Assembly (NCBI GenBank): GCA_951406725.2
Contig: OX597822.1
Location: forward strand, 84,382,001 to 84,446,000
Origin: Octopus vulgaris
Taxonomy: Eukaryota
Direction of reading: 5' to 3'
Length of the DNA stretch: 64,000 nt
The position numbers and the translations under genes were made by a program. Shown one piece after another: positions 1 through 12,765 of this stretch. Positions within the stretch are counted from its first letter, which is position 1. Each line of letters begins with the position of its first letter. Below the pieces are notes generated by a model. The model did not search any database and had not been told where the DNA came from. It worked only from the letters and a program-made list of their open reading frames with translations.

Positions 1-466
1 CTTTCAACATCTCACCCAAATTTATTGCCTTCTCAAAGCTATGTGCTTGAAAAGCAAACTTCTTACCAGACAGCCATACCTGTAAACATGGCATTTCCAT
101 CACTGTGCAAACACTAGAGAGGTTGTCATGTCCTTGAATAGCCTTGCATTGTCTTCCCTTGTTCACCAGCCACTTTCTAGAGTGTACTGGGAGATACAAC
201 GCTTCAACATTATGCTGTCTCCAGCATGATCAAGAGAATTAATAAATGAGAGGGCAACAAATTTGGGTGAGATGGTGAAAGAGACAATAGTATAAGATGA
301 GAACCAATATTTGGAATGAGAGACTGCTAAAGGAGGGAGAAATGGATGAGAGACAGTGATGGTAATGAGTGATACAAGAGAAGCGGTGATGTTTATTAGT
401 CAAAGAGAGAGCCATACAATGGATAGTCACAGAAGTGGTAAGAGACAGTCAGGGTGCTAATAAGCG

Positions 467-708
467 GGAGTGATGGTTGGCACTAGAGAAGGGTGATGCG
501 AGAGAATGATGAAGGCCAATAGTGATCTGGGAAAGAGGGAGTGATGGACAGCAGCAGAGAAGTCCGATACAAGAGAAGGATGAAGGCCAATAGTGGTCTG
601 GGGTAGAGGGAGTGATGGCTGACAGTAGAGAAAGGTGACACGAGGGAATGATGAAGGCCAATAGTGGTCTCGGGTAGGAGTGATGGCTGGTACTAGAGAA
701 GTGTGACA
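467..708. repeat. 71-bp minisatellite, about 3.4 diverged copies
   Basis: GAAGGCCAATAGTG recurs at 511, 582 and 653. Confidence 0.8.
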
Positions 709-1070
709 GTAATTACATTGAGCTCAGTGCTCAACTGGTACTTATTTCATAAACTTTGATAGGATGAATGGCAAAGTCAACCTTGGTAGAATTTGAACCC
801 AGAACATAAAGCTATACAAAAAGTACTGAGCATTTTGTCCAGTATGCTCATGACTCTACCAGCTCACTGCTTTCACCTTAATAACAATATTAATATTAAT
901 TATAATAAAGTGAGGCTTGAAAACATGCATCCAATGGGAAGTATATTTGTCTGGTCTATCATTGATAAAAAATCAATAGCAATAAGATACGATAAAGAAT
1001 TTCAGTTAAAGTTAGGTATTAAGCATGGAAGCAAAGTCTATGAAGTTACATTATAAGACAAGATACTTAC

Positions 1071-1141
1071 GTGGAAATATTTCTGGATAGACTAATTTAT
1101 TTGGACAGAGAGGGTAACAACCATAATAAACAGCTTCAAGC
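1071..1141 (-). CDS. GTDC1: GTDC1/QTMAN coding exon 6 (terminal exon not found, probably left of the window)
   Basis: TTACAG acceptor; (M)[23 protein letters not shown]; donor GTAAGT at 1070; 71 nt. Confidence 0.93.
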
Positions 1142-1684
1142 CTGTAACGATAAAATTGAAAATAATGTCAACACCACACACTTATACACACACTCACACC
1201 TCTGTATGTGGCATATGTATGATGGTCACTTACATCAGGAACAACAACAGGAAAGTGTTCGGCAAATGAGTTCTAGCAAGTGGTGAGAAGACGTGTAAAG
1301 AACAGATAATGATATTTAATTAGGAACAAGAAAGTAATGGAAAACAATTAAAAGGATGTGTAATAATGAAATCACTCTAGCTGACTGACAGTAGCAACCC
1401 CATGTCTTATTGCTGACAAGAGAACAGAGAAGAGATGTTTGCTACATGTGCAGTAGCAGACCCTCATTGCTCTAGTGCAATGTGAAAGATTACAAATATC
1501 TCATTTACTTAACAGATTTTCATTGAAATCTCATCTGGTGTGACATGCCCCCCTGGTGCTGAGATTGGGTGGCATAAATTCTCCCCAGGCGTTTCTTGGT
1601 GGTTGACCTGTTTGCTTTTTTTTTTTTTTAAGCTTATTGTTAATCTGCAGAATTTGCCTTCTGAAGATCAGTTGACAAGGCAGA

Positions 1685-2069
1685 CCTGTTGAGGCAAGTG
1701 AAATCGAAATCGAAATCGCTCAAAAATCAATGGAAATTGTAGTTGTGATACCTGTGCCGGTGGCATGTAAAAGAACCATCCGAATGTGGCTGTTGCCAGC
1801 GCTGCCCCGACTGGCCTCCATGCCGGTGGCACGTAAAAAGCACCAACCGATCATGGCCGTTGCCAGCCTCACCTGGCACCTGTGCCAGTGGCACGTAAAA
1901 AGCACCCACTACACTCATGGAGTGGTTGGCGTTAGGAAGGGCATCCAGCTGTAGAAACACTGCCAGATCAGACTGGGCCTGGTGCAGCCTCCTGGCTTCC
2001 CAGACCCCGGTTGAACCATCCAACCCATGCTAGCATGGAAAACGGACGTTAAACGATGATGATGATGAT
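1685..2069 (+). mobile_element. RTE 3'-end-derived short repeat (family C) ending in (GAT)n
   Basis: GTGGCACGTAAAA subrepeats, TTGGCGTTAGGAAGGGCATCCAGC...CAACCCATGC..(GAT)n; same as the 3' UTR of the RTE copies; other copies near 3375, 14090, 22655(-), 24025(-), 31476, 39110(-), 52790, 53790. Confidence 0.85.
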
Positions 2070-3912
2070 GACCAAGAACAACAATATTGAAACAAAAGTG
2101 AGAGGTTTGTCTTGATGTAGAATATGGATCATGTCAAACTGTCCAAACCATGCCAGCACGAAATATAGATATATGATGGTGGTGGTGGTGGAGACGGGGG
2201 AAGGATTATTTTTCCCTGCACTTCCATAGATTCTTGTTTATCTTTGGGTTTCAAGAATAAGATGAGAGACATTGACACCCCACCCAACCACCACCTGATA
2301 TGACAACAGTGCATTTCAGCTAACCTTCGCCTCAGCCAGAACCCTAACTCTAACCCACTACTACAAGCCCAAAAAACACTTGTCAGTTTTACTATGCTCC
2401 CACAGTTTATAACGGTTATCTTTATCAACCCCGCAACACTATTTCAGAGTTGATGGCCTCAGTCACAGAAACAGTACATCGCCAGTTTCTGAATCTGGCT
2501 GACATCCTCTCATTTGGTTGTCTGTTACTACTGATGTAGACACTAAATTGTCTTTAATCAGTATTTCTAGGGCCAGATCCTCCAGTGAGTAAAAGAAGTC
2601 AAGTGAACCAGTTTCCAATGTACAACACAAGACAGTATGTTTACCGTTGTCACCACAAAATTTACCCACTTTTTTACTGAATTGTACAACAACAGCAAAG
2701 CTGATGCAAGAAGCTAATCATTTAGAATATTTCTGTTGAATCTCATCAATAACCCTTCTTCTTCATCTTCATTATTATTTAACATCTGTGTTCCATGCTA
2801 GCATGGGTGGGACAATACCACAAGAGCCAGCCAGGCCAAAGCCTGCACCTGACCCCTATGGCTGTTTTGGCAGGATTTTTACAGCTGGATGCTCTTCCTA
2901 ACATCAATCACTCAGCAGAGTGAACTAATCAAAATATATTAATTAATCACTAATGAATACAGTTATGAATAGCAAAACAAATGATTAAAGGGAAAAAAGG
3001 AATTAAATTGCAATGCCGGTATGGCTGTTTGACATGAGTCTGGTAAAGTATCTACCAAGCTCATGTTAATAGTCAACATTTTGTAGTTGTACTGCCAGAA
3101 AATTGGATTTCAATATTAAAACCTAAAAGACGAAAGTTCTCAATCAGTCAAGCCCTAATGCATGCCAAACAGCACAAACAAAGTGCCTCGTCATTGAAAG
3201 TCAGGACCTGGCAGAGTCAAACCACTTTATCTATCTGGGCAAGTACAATTAGTTGTAATGGTAGGTTCAGTTATGAAATAGATCATGAGATGAACAAGGC
3301 CAGTTCAGCATCCTGAAATGAGGAGAGAGCAACTGAAGAACAAGTACATTCGAGTCCACATAGAGTCCAAAGATTGGCGTTAGGAAGGGCATCCAGCAGT
3401 AGAAACCTTGCCAGATCAGATTGGAGCCTGGTACAGCCTTTTGGCTTGCCAGTCCTAAATCAAACTGCCCAACCCATGCCAGCATCAAAAGCGGACATCA
3501 AACAATGATGATGATGAAATGCATAGCATACTAAGTATTAAAATCATTAGTATGCCTAGCAAAAGACTTCACTGTATTCCAACCGATTTTTACACTCTGG
3601 GTTCAAATGTTGCCAAAGTCGACTTTGCCTTTCGTCCATTCAGAGTCAATAAAATAAGTACCAGTAATGCACTGGGGGTCAATGTAATCGACTTACCCCC
3701 TTCTCCATACTTGCCAGCCTTGTGTGAAAATTTGAAAGTGATATTATTTACCCAACTGTACAGATGAGAGATAAAGATATTACATGGCAAACAGATGAAA
3801 AAAAAAACCCTTCACGATGAGGGTTTTTTATCTGATGAGACACTTGAGGCAGATCCCAAAGATATTAGATGTGATGGTGGTCAAATAAAAATCAAAAAGC
3901 ACATATACTTAC

Positions 3913-4057
3913 ATTGATACTCCAAAGAATTCATGTTTTGCAGTGGAGACAACGACATCTGCTGTTTTTAGAATTTCATAATAATCTTTCTTGTCGTCAA
4001 CATATCCCCAAGTTTTGAGATGAACTTTTAGTTTTTCCTTTGATTGTATAAAAACAT
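3913..4057 (-). CDS. GTDC1: GTDC1/QTMAN coding exon 5
   Basis: TTTCAG acceptor; DVFIQSKEKLKVHLKTWGYVDDKKDYYEILKTADVVVSTAKHEFFGVS(M), with the start of the GT-B EX7E motif; donor GTAAGT; 145 nt. Confidence 0.94.
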
Positions 4058-4619
4058 CTGAAATATATGAATGAAAGATCTTATTAAATGATTATTGTAA
4101 GTTAAAGACAAAATACAGAATTTTTTTTTTTTTTTTGCTATTCTTCCCATTCTTTAATCAGCATGTGGCAGTTTTCATAAGATTTTTCTATTTTTGCGTA
4201 AAATATATGATGCTGTTTAAACCCAGGTTAATCTTGATTGTACAGACTTATGATTAAAGATATTCAAGTAGTAATCGCCATATCTTTTTGGTGGGTATTT
4301 AGGACTAGATTATCCAAAGTATTCAGAACTGTTAAGACTGATCCTCTGCTGGTGTAAAATACTCACTGCTGTGCCATGTGAAAGCACTGAGCACATTCTG
4401 TAAAGAGGCTGGGCATCCAGCTGTAGAAATCATGCCAAATCAGATGAGAGTCTGGTGCAGCCCCGGTCAAATAGTCCAACCCATGCCAGCGTGGACAACA
4501 GACGTTAAATGACATTGATGATGATGATTCAATCTTTATTTGGGATGACAGAAAGATTTGGCTGCTGTTTCTAGCAAGTCAAACGACCACCTAGAAGCTC
4601 CTTTGATAGCTCATAATAC

Positions 4620-4890
4620 ACAAATGGAAATTGTAGTTGTGATCCCCGTGCCAGTGGCACGTAAAAAGCACCAACTGATTGTGGTCATTGCCCTGGCCAC
4701 TGTGCCGGTGGCATGTAAAAAGCACCCACTACACTCTCATAGTGGTTGGCATTAGGAAGGGCATCCAGCAGTAGAAACACTGCTAGATCAGACTGGAGCC
4801 TGGTGCAGCCTCCTGGCTTCCTGGACCCCAGTTGAACCATCCAACCCATGCCAGCAGGGAAAACGGATGATGATGATGATGATGATGATG
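4620..4890 (+). mobile_element. Family C RTE-tail repeat in GTDC1 intron 4
   Basis: Matches the 1685-2069 copy; (GAT)n tail. Confidence 0.85.
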
Positions 4891-5384
4891 AAGAAGCAAT
4901 CAGACAAAAAAACTGGACACCATTCTAGGAACAATGTCTCAAAGAAGACTCCCACGTCATTAAGGAGTAAATAATGGCTGTAAGCCATTGTAATAAGAGA
5001 GATAAAAGAATAAACTCAATCAACATTAAAAATCCCTGAACTGAGGAAAAAAACTTTAGAATACCAAACACAATTACAATTTGGACAAGGCGGCCTCCGT
5101 GAACAGAAGCCAGAGTACTTAAATTTCTGAATATTACTTTTAAATTTTTACCAATGATTGAAAATAAGTTAAAATGAAAAAATATTTATTAAAACTCTTT
5201 TACTTCGAGTAGAAATGGAAATACTCGATGTCCTATAAATAGGACACTGAGACAATGTGTTATAGCTTAATTAATGTTCTCATTTAGTGTCCTAATTATA
5301 GGACAGTGGGACTTAATGGGTTAAAACACCAAGATAAATTTACAATTTGATTATTAAGCCAATGAGTCCCATAAAGGGATTAAC

Positions 5385-5668
5385 TCAAGATCGTATGGTC
5401 ATGAGTTCAATTCCCAGCATATACATTGTGTCCTTGAGCAAGACACTTTATTTCACTTTATTGCTCCAGTCCACTCAGCTGGCAAAAATGAGTTGTACCT
5501 GTAATTCAAAGGGACCGGCCTTGTCACATTCTGTGTCGCACTGAACCTCCCTGAGAACTATATTAAGGGTATGCATGTCTGTGGAGTACCCAACCACTTA
5601 CATGTTAATTTCATGAGCATGCTGTTTGGTTGATTAAATCAACTGGAACCCTCAACATCATAACTGAT
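5385..5668 (+). mobile_element. tRNA-derived SINE family D
   Basis: B-box GAGTTCAATTCC then GTGTCCTTGAGCAAGACACTTTATTTC core; copies at about 12935-13240, 49015-49710 (split by a family A SINE) and 63659-64000. Confidence 0.8.
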
Positions 5669-5721
5669 TCTTCTAAAAAAGAAATACAATACTTACGTTA
5701 ATTAAACATTAGAGTAATTAC

Positions 5722-5831
5722 CTGGAACTTCAGAAAAGCTTTGGCCAATAACAGAAACCCAGAAATCAAAATTTTCTTCATGGAGCCAATTTAAAACATT
5801 AAAGAATCTTTCGGGGTCTTTATCATGTTCC
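5722..5831 (-). CDS. GTDC1: GTDC1/QTMAN coding exon 4
   Basis: TTTTCCAG acceptor; (W)EHDKDPERFFNVLNWLHEENFDFWVSVIGQSFSEVP; donor GTAATT; 110 nt. Confidence 0.93.
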
Positions 5832-6714
5832 CTGGAAAAGTTTCAAAAATGTCCATCATCATCATTATTATCAATACACATCAACGTGTTGTGTTTTTCA
5901 AAGTAGCACTAATTAAATGGGTCAACCATAACATTGGTTTCATATTTTGGCACAAGGGCTCAATCGATTACATCAACCCCACGATTGTGAGTTCAAGGGT
6001 TACATGGTAAAGAGCAATGTGTTATTTACAGATTACAAATTCCCAGAACCATCTCAGAAGTAGACTTGGAAATATGTAGGAGCTGGTAATGTGTGCTTCA
6101 TGCAAGCCCTGGGTTTCGACAGCCACAGTTCCACCTTTGGTATTTGAAGTGAATGAAATGGTCAGATATCCACCACTTCTTCACTGATTCAAAATAGAAA
6201 CTAAAATGTTTCAATACTCATTGCCCAGTCACATCCTTGTTGCCCACACAAGCCATTTTCCCTTACAATACATCAACTTATGGTTTTAATATTTATCTGC
6301 TTTAGAGTTGCAAGCTGGCAGAACCATTATTGCACATGGCCAAATACTTAGTGGCATTCTGTCAGTTTTTACATTCTGAGTTCAAATACTACCAAGGTTG
6401 ACTTGGCCTTTCGTCCTTCCAAGGTCAATAAAATAAGTACCAGTTGCGTACTGGGGCCAATGTAACCAACTTACCCCTTCTCCTGAAATTGCTGGCCTTG
6501 TGCCTAAATTTGAAACCAACATTTAACTGCTTTAGGGTTATGATCTGGCAGAACCATTAACGCACTGGAAAAAAAGGCTTAGCAACATTTTTCCCGATCT
6601 TACATTCTGCGTTTGAATGCCTGTGGGGTTGACTTTGCCTTTCATCCTTTCAGGGTTGATAAAATAAATACTAGCTGAACACTGGGGTCAATGTAATCAA
6701 TGACTTGCACCCTC

Positions 6715-7020
6715 ATCATCATCATCGTTTAACGTCCGCTTTCCATGCTGGCATGGGTTGGACAGTTTGACTGAAGTCTGGAGAGCCAGCGGTTGCACTA
6801 GGCTCCAATCTGATCTGGCAATGTTTCTACAGCTAGATGCCCTTCCTAATGCCAACCACTCCAAGAGTGTAGTGAGTGCTTTTTACGTGCCACCAGCACT
6901 GGGGCCAGTCAGCATGTACTGGCATCAGCCCCATTGAGATGGTGCTTTTTATGTGCCACTGGCACTGGAGCCAGTCAGCAGGTACTGGCATCGGCCACAT
7001 TCAGATGGTGCTTTTTACGT
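6715..7020 (-). mobile_element. Family C RTE-tail repeat, reverse orientation, GTDC1 intron 3
   Basis: (CAT)n-CGTTTAACGTCCGCTTTCCATGCTGGCATGGGTTGG is the reverse complement of the family C tail. Confidence 0.85.
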
Positions 7021-7200
7021 ATCAATTGCGTACTGAGGTTGATCAAACAACCGGCACCCTGCCCCAAAATTTCAAGCCTTGTGCCTAGAGTAGAAAAGAA
7101 TATTTACACACTATTATTTATAGCTTGACTGTTAAAAACGAATTAGTTAAAAATATTTATTTGAGAAGATATAACAATTTAACCAAAATTATTTACTTAC

Positions 7201-7683
7201 CAACGATGAGGCCAAACAATATGTAATATTTTACCATTCTCTTGAAGAGATGGCAATATCTCTGGTTCAAAAGTTTTATCACTGGTGTAATCTACAGTAT
7301 TCTGGCAATCAACTGCAGAATGCGTTCCATTAACCAAAATTTTATCTTGTCTTCCATTGGTCAAGACTTCATTGCTTGTCTCAGATATTTGTTCTGTAAG
7401 TTTTGAGGATGAACCACATTCTTCAGTTTCCTTCAAAATTTTCTCTAAGCATTTATCCATCATGCAGCCGTGGGTTAAATGTGAGTATTTGTTTTCTAGC
7501 AAGCTTTCTGTTGGACAGTCAGGAAAGGATAATGGGAAATATAGGACTCGGCATTTTGGCGCGATTTTTTTCATGAGATTCTTTGGATGATAATCAGGAA
7601 TGATGTTGAGGAATCTGTTGATGTTCTGTAGAAATGTGTTCTTATTGAATTCAGAGTTGAACACTACAACATCAGCCACAACA
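7201..7683 (-). CDS. GTDC1: GTDC1/QTMAN coding exon 3
   Basis: TTTTAACAG acceptor; VVADVVVFNSEFNK...PKCRVLYFP, variable linker, LHIVWPHRW; donor GTAAGT at 7200; 483 nt, phase 2-2. Confidence 0.95.
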
Positions 7684-7821
7684 CTGTTAAAAGTATAAAT
7701 TGAGATGTGTCAGCAGAGACAAAGCAGAGGGAAAAGGTAAAACAAACCAAAAGTTACTACCAATATTTCGGCTTCAATAACCCCCATTAATGAATAGAAA
7801 AAAAAAAGAAAAAATTGTTAA

Positions 7822-8190
7822 GGCGCAGGAGTGGCTGTGTGGTAAGTAGCTTGCTAACCAACCACACGGTTGCGGGTTCAGTCCCACTGCGTGGCATCTT
7901 GGGCAAGTGTCTTCTGCTATAGCCCCGGGCCGACCAATGCCTTGTGAGTGGATTTGGTAGACGGAAACTGAAAGAAGCCTGTCGTATATATGTATGTATA
8001 TGTGTGTGTGTTTGTGTGTCTGTGTTTGTCCCCCTAGCATTGCTTGACAATCGATGCTGGTGTGTTTACGTCCCCGTCACTTAGCGGTTCGGCAAAAAGA
8101 GACCGATAGAATAAGTACTAAAAGGTGGTGCTCCAGCATGGCCGCAGTCAAATGACTGAAACAAGTAAAAGAGTAAAAAGAGAGTAAGAG
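7822..8190 (+). mobile_element. tRNA-derived SINE family A, young copy
   Basis: A-box TGGCTGTGTGG, B-box GGGTTCAGTCCC, internal (TA)n(TG)n, GTAAAAGA tail; nearly identical to 61592-61997. Confidence 0.9.
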
Positions 8191-8194
8191 TATT

Positions 8195-10172
8195 TCTTGG
8201 TAAATAAAGCAATTAAGGATATGAAAACAAGGGAAAGCCCCTGGCCCATCAGGAATCACTGCTGAGATGCTTAAAATATCTGGTAGTGTGGATTATGGTC
8301 TAGTCACCCATATTGTAAATCAAATGGTTCATGAAGGAGTCATACCCAACAACTGGTGAAGCAACACCATAGCCAACTGCTACAAAGATAAAGGTGATGC
8401 CTGAGATAGAAATAATTACAAAGGTATCAAATTGTTGGATCATGTGATGAAAGTTATGGGAAGAGTCATAGCCCAAATAATCAGGAAGAGTTAGTCTAGG
8501 TGAGATGCAGTTTGGTTTTGAGCCAAGGAGAAGCACCACTGATGCTATATTTCTGGTAAGGCAGCTGCAAGGGAAATACATAACCAAAGACTTGGAGAAA
8601 ACCTTTGACAGAGTCCCTGATCCCTTATCTGGTGGTCAATGCAAAAACTAGGGATAGACGAGTGGTTGGTGAGAGCTGGACAAGCTATGTACAGGATGCT
8701 ACCAGTAAGGTGAGGGTTGGCAATGAGTACAACAAAGAATTCAAGGTACAAGTAGGGGTTCACCAAAGTACAAGTAGGGGTTCGGTGCTCAGCTCTGTCT
8801 TGTTCATCAAAGTCCTCTACGCAATAACAGAGGAATTTAAGAAGGGCTGCCCCAGGGAACTTCTCTATGCTGATGACCATGTCGCTGAATCACTACCAGA
8901 ACTACAAAAGAAGGTCCAGGTATGGAAGCAAGGTCTAGAATGGAAGGGCTTTAGAGTTATCCTAGTAAAAACCAAAGTCTTAGTAAGTAGGAAGGCAGAC
9001 AAACCACAAATCCTTTCAGGTAGATGGCCGTGTTCTATCTGTAGAAAAGGCATTGGTAGAAACTCCATAAGATGCACCTGATGTAAGCTTTGGACACATA
9101 AAAGGTGCAGCAATATCAGAGGAAGGTTAACAGGCAAACTAGCTTTTGCATGTGGAAGATGCACAGGTACAATAAACGCTGAAAATGTGCAGAAAACAGA
9201 CTCCATCAGCTTCCAGAGTGGCAAGCTAGAGGTAGTAGATAGCTTCCATTATCTAAGTGACCAAGTTAGTAGTGGAGGTGCATGCTCCAAGAGCATAGCT
9301 ATGAGAATAAGATTAAGCTGGCAACAAAGGGCCCTCTATCTCAGAGTGAAAGGTAGATTGTATGATGCCTGTGTGCAAACAGCCATGCAGTGAAACATGG
9401 GCTGTGACAGCCAAGGACATGAGTAGGCTTGAAAGAAATGAAGCCAGTATGCTTCGCTGGATGTGCAATGTCAGTGTACATGTTTGACAAATTGTAAGCG
9501 TCTTGAGAGAAAAGTCAGGCATAAGAGGCATCAGATGTGGTGTGCAAGAGAGACGAATGTACTGGTATGGTCATGTGATGCATATAGACAAGGACAGTTG
9601 TGTAAAGAAGTGCCAATCTCTAACTGTGGAGGGAACCTGTGGTAGAGGTAGACCCAGGAAGACATGGGATGAGGTGGTGGAGCATGATCTTCATACTTTG
9701 AGCCTCACAGAGGCATTGACTAGTGACCAAGACCTTTGGCGATATGCAGTGCTTGAGAAGACCCATCAAGCCAAACGAAATTATAGTCATAGCTGGTGCT
9801 GGTGTCACGTAAAGAGAACCTTTTGAGCATTGGGCCTTGAGGAGGCAAAGTCGCTGAGTTCCTTTCAAGTATTGGGCCTCACAGAGGCAATGATTGAGAC
9901 CTTTGGTATTATATCTTGCTTGAGAAGAAGACCCATGAAGCCGAGCAAATCAGTTGTGGTAGATACTGGTATCATGCAAATGGCACCCATGCTGGTGGCA
10001 CATAAAAGCACCCATTACACTCTTGGAATGGTTGGCGTTAGGAAGGGCATCCAGCCATAAAAAAACCATGCCAAATCAGACTGGAGTCTAGTGCAGCTTC
10101 CCAGCCCTGGTCAAACCATCCAACCTATGCCAGCATGGACGACAGTCGTTAAATGATGATGATGATGATGAT
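8195..10172 (+). mobile_element. 5'-truncated, decayed RTE-clade LINE (reverse transcriptase fragments plus 3' UTR)
   Basis: KAPGPSG, QFGFEPRRSTTDAIF, GVHQ..GSVLS, LLYADD, YWYGHVM, GRGRPRKTWDE across frameshifts and stops; ends in (GAT)n. Confidence 0.92.
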
Positions 10173-10632
10173 GAAAATGCTTGATCTGAAAACATAGGAC
10201 AAAACTAAAGGCTGTGAGGTGATTGACTCTCTCTATACCAATTCACCTAAAACTACGTCTAGCTGTTGTAAAGTACTTATTTTAAAATTAAAACCTTTAA
10301 CCTTAATTCTATGTAAAAACCTTTTATGCTCAAAGCACCAACTTAATCATGAAAAACTGTTGTTTCTTTAAATCTCTTAAAATGTTTGATTACATTGAAA
10401 TTAAATTGAAACACACAGGTAGTGTATCCTATTAGATATAATACATTCTTAAAACAATTAACACAAAGTATACTCCATTCCTAAACAATAATGAATTTTT
10501 ACACAAAGTTACAAATCTATAAGGAGAAAGTACAGTTGAGTAAATCTACTCCAGAGAAGTCAACGCAGACAGATAACTAGTACTTAACTAGTTCTGCTTT
10601 AATAATCGTAATAATAATTAGAATATGCTTAC

Positions 10633-10800
10633 CATGATAAAATCTGATTGTATCCATATTGAAAATCCCTGGTCTGTTCTTTCCTGACAGGATAAATTAA
10701 TTGGTTTTCGTGAAAATAGATAACTTTATGAAGTCGAGCCAAATCAGGACGCAGTGCTACCAATTCAGCAAGGTTCAATACGGAACTTGTAAATAAGGAA
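10633..10800 (-). CDS. GTDC1: GTDC1/QTMAN coding exon 2
   Basis: Polypyrimidine tract plus CAG acceptor at 10801-10803; SLFTSSVLNLAELVALRPDLARLHKVIYFHENQLIYPVRKEQTRDFQYGYNQILS; donor GTAAGC; 168 nt, phase 2-2; not in the ORF track. Confidence 0.95.
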
Positions 10801-11744
10801 CTGGGGAAAAAGAAGAAAAAAAAGACATTAAAATTCTTATATTGTATTTATTATTCACTTTCCAGTGGCATTAAGTTCTTTGGTTTTACTTTTTTTCTCT
10901 CTTGAGTGCTATGAATCAGAAGATCTATTACTTAGGTTCCATGGAATCTGAGTGACCAAATCACATCACAACATAGCCCCTGAATGAGACACTGGCTCGC
11001 TGCAGGATTCAAGGCCAACAATTTTGAAGGGAGGGGGCAAGATGATTACATTCGCCTGAGTACTTGACTGGTACTTTATTTCATTGACCTCGGAAGGGAT
11101 GAAATGCTAAGTTAACCTCAGCTGGATTTGAACTCATAACATAAAGAACAGGAATAAATGCTGCTAAGCAATTTGCCTGACACACTAATGGTTCTGCCAG
11201 CTCACCACCTTACATTGACCCCAGTGTTCAACTGGTACTTATTTTATCGACCCCCAAAAGGATGAAAGACGAAGCTGACCTCAGCAGAATTTGAACTCAG
11301 ACTGGGCAAAATTCTATTAAGCATTTTACTTGGCACAGTAACGACTCTGCCAGTTCTCTACCTTAATAACAATAAGTATCAAAGTCCTTTATCAGTCATT
11401 AACATCTAAATCATAATTTTACAATGATATTGGATAATTTTGATATTTGACACAACTATTTTTATAAAAAAAAAAAAGAAGTGACTTTAAAATGTGTTCT
11501 TAAAAAAGCCAAAATGGCAAGTTTACTCTAATGCAAGCAATTTTCATTAATAGTTAAGTCTTTCTGGTCAAGCTTACTCAGATCAACCTCAATCACAGCA
11601 CCCATCACAAACCTGCAGAGCATTTGGCAAGTCAGCAGACCAACATCTGGTGTTGATGAAGGTTTTTGTCTAAGCCAACTTATGTGTATCTATGTTAGTT
11701 TAATTAGTTCTTGCTTAGCTCTCCAGCAAGGTAGATGGACTATT

Positions 11745-12765
11745 AAGTCAACAGACAGTTGGTCGACAGACAACTTACAGACAGGACAATATGTCAATAT
11801 TTTTTTTTAAAAACAAAGTAAAAATTATGAAAAAGTTTTATTAGACTTACAAATAAAAACAATTTATTTATAAAGAGATATTACGTACAATAGGTCGACA
11901 TATGGAAAAAGCACAAAAAGTTTTGTTAGTTTTCACAAATAGAAATAAAGATACATTATTTACATTTGACGGATATTTGTCCTGGTTTGTTGTTAATACG
12001 TTTCAGCTGATATACCCTCCAGCCTTCTTCAGCTGTCTTGGGGAAATTTTGGACCTGGGTTCTCATTCCTAAGGTATCTTTTGATGTTATTATTCAGGTC
12101 ACTGCCTGGAATCAAACTTGGAATCTTGGGGTTAGTAGCCCGCACTCTTAACCACTATGCCATATGCTTGTGGGCAATCATGGAGTGCATTTTAGGGCTT
12201 ATAAATTTAATTAAATTTAGAAGAAGGAGGAGGAGGAGGGTCGAAAAATACCTTAGGGATGAGAACCCAGGTTTGAAATTTCCCCAAGACACCCGATGAA
12301 GGCTGGAGGGTATATCAGACAAAACGTGTTAAAAACAAACAAGATGAGGAGAAATATCTGTCAAATGTAAATAATGCACATAATTGTTCATCTCTTAAAC
12401 ATAGAACTGTAGAAATAAAGTTATCACATACAGTTATGGTCACATGCCCTTAAAAATTCCATCCCAGCTTCATTGTCGTAATTAAGAACAATGGTTTTAA
12501 GTCTTAAGATGAATAAACTTTTTGCTTTTCCTTGCCACTTCCACCCTTGATATGGCCTGTTCTATTACCATTTCGGTGTGTGACTCTTCCACCCTAAGCT
12601 TCTCAATTAATTTAGATAAGTTAGGGTGACGGACGTTATCTCTTCTACTGAAGGCGTGGTGTCACCCTTCAGGAGATGGTTTTGATGAACTCCATGACTG
12701 ATACTTTTACATGTTGGCTTATTGTTCCAATCAGCCAATTGTCTGTCGGCGAATTGTTTGCACAC
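11745..12765 (-). mobile_element. Mutator (MULE)-like DNA transposon remnant
   Basis: Minus strand near 12560-12670 reads EG*HHAFSRRDNVRHPNLSKLIEKLRVEE (MULE EGWH..F....HPN motif); imperfect inverted ends (GTCGACAGACAA / TTGTCTGTCGGC). Confidence 0.6.
11951..12409. mobile_element. Non-autonomous Penelope-like element with inverted arms and an internal tRNA-like segment
   Basis: Inverted arms about 11953-12084 and 12241-12376; 11-bp direct repeat TAGAAATAAAG at 11940-11950 and 12410-12420; degenerate CTGANGA...GAAAC in the arms. Confidence 0.75.

Noticed and set aside
7822-7900. tRNA-like heads of SINE families A, B and D as tRNA genes
   Set aside because: A and B boxes are present but there is no closed cloverleaf, and they continue into SINE bodies
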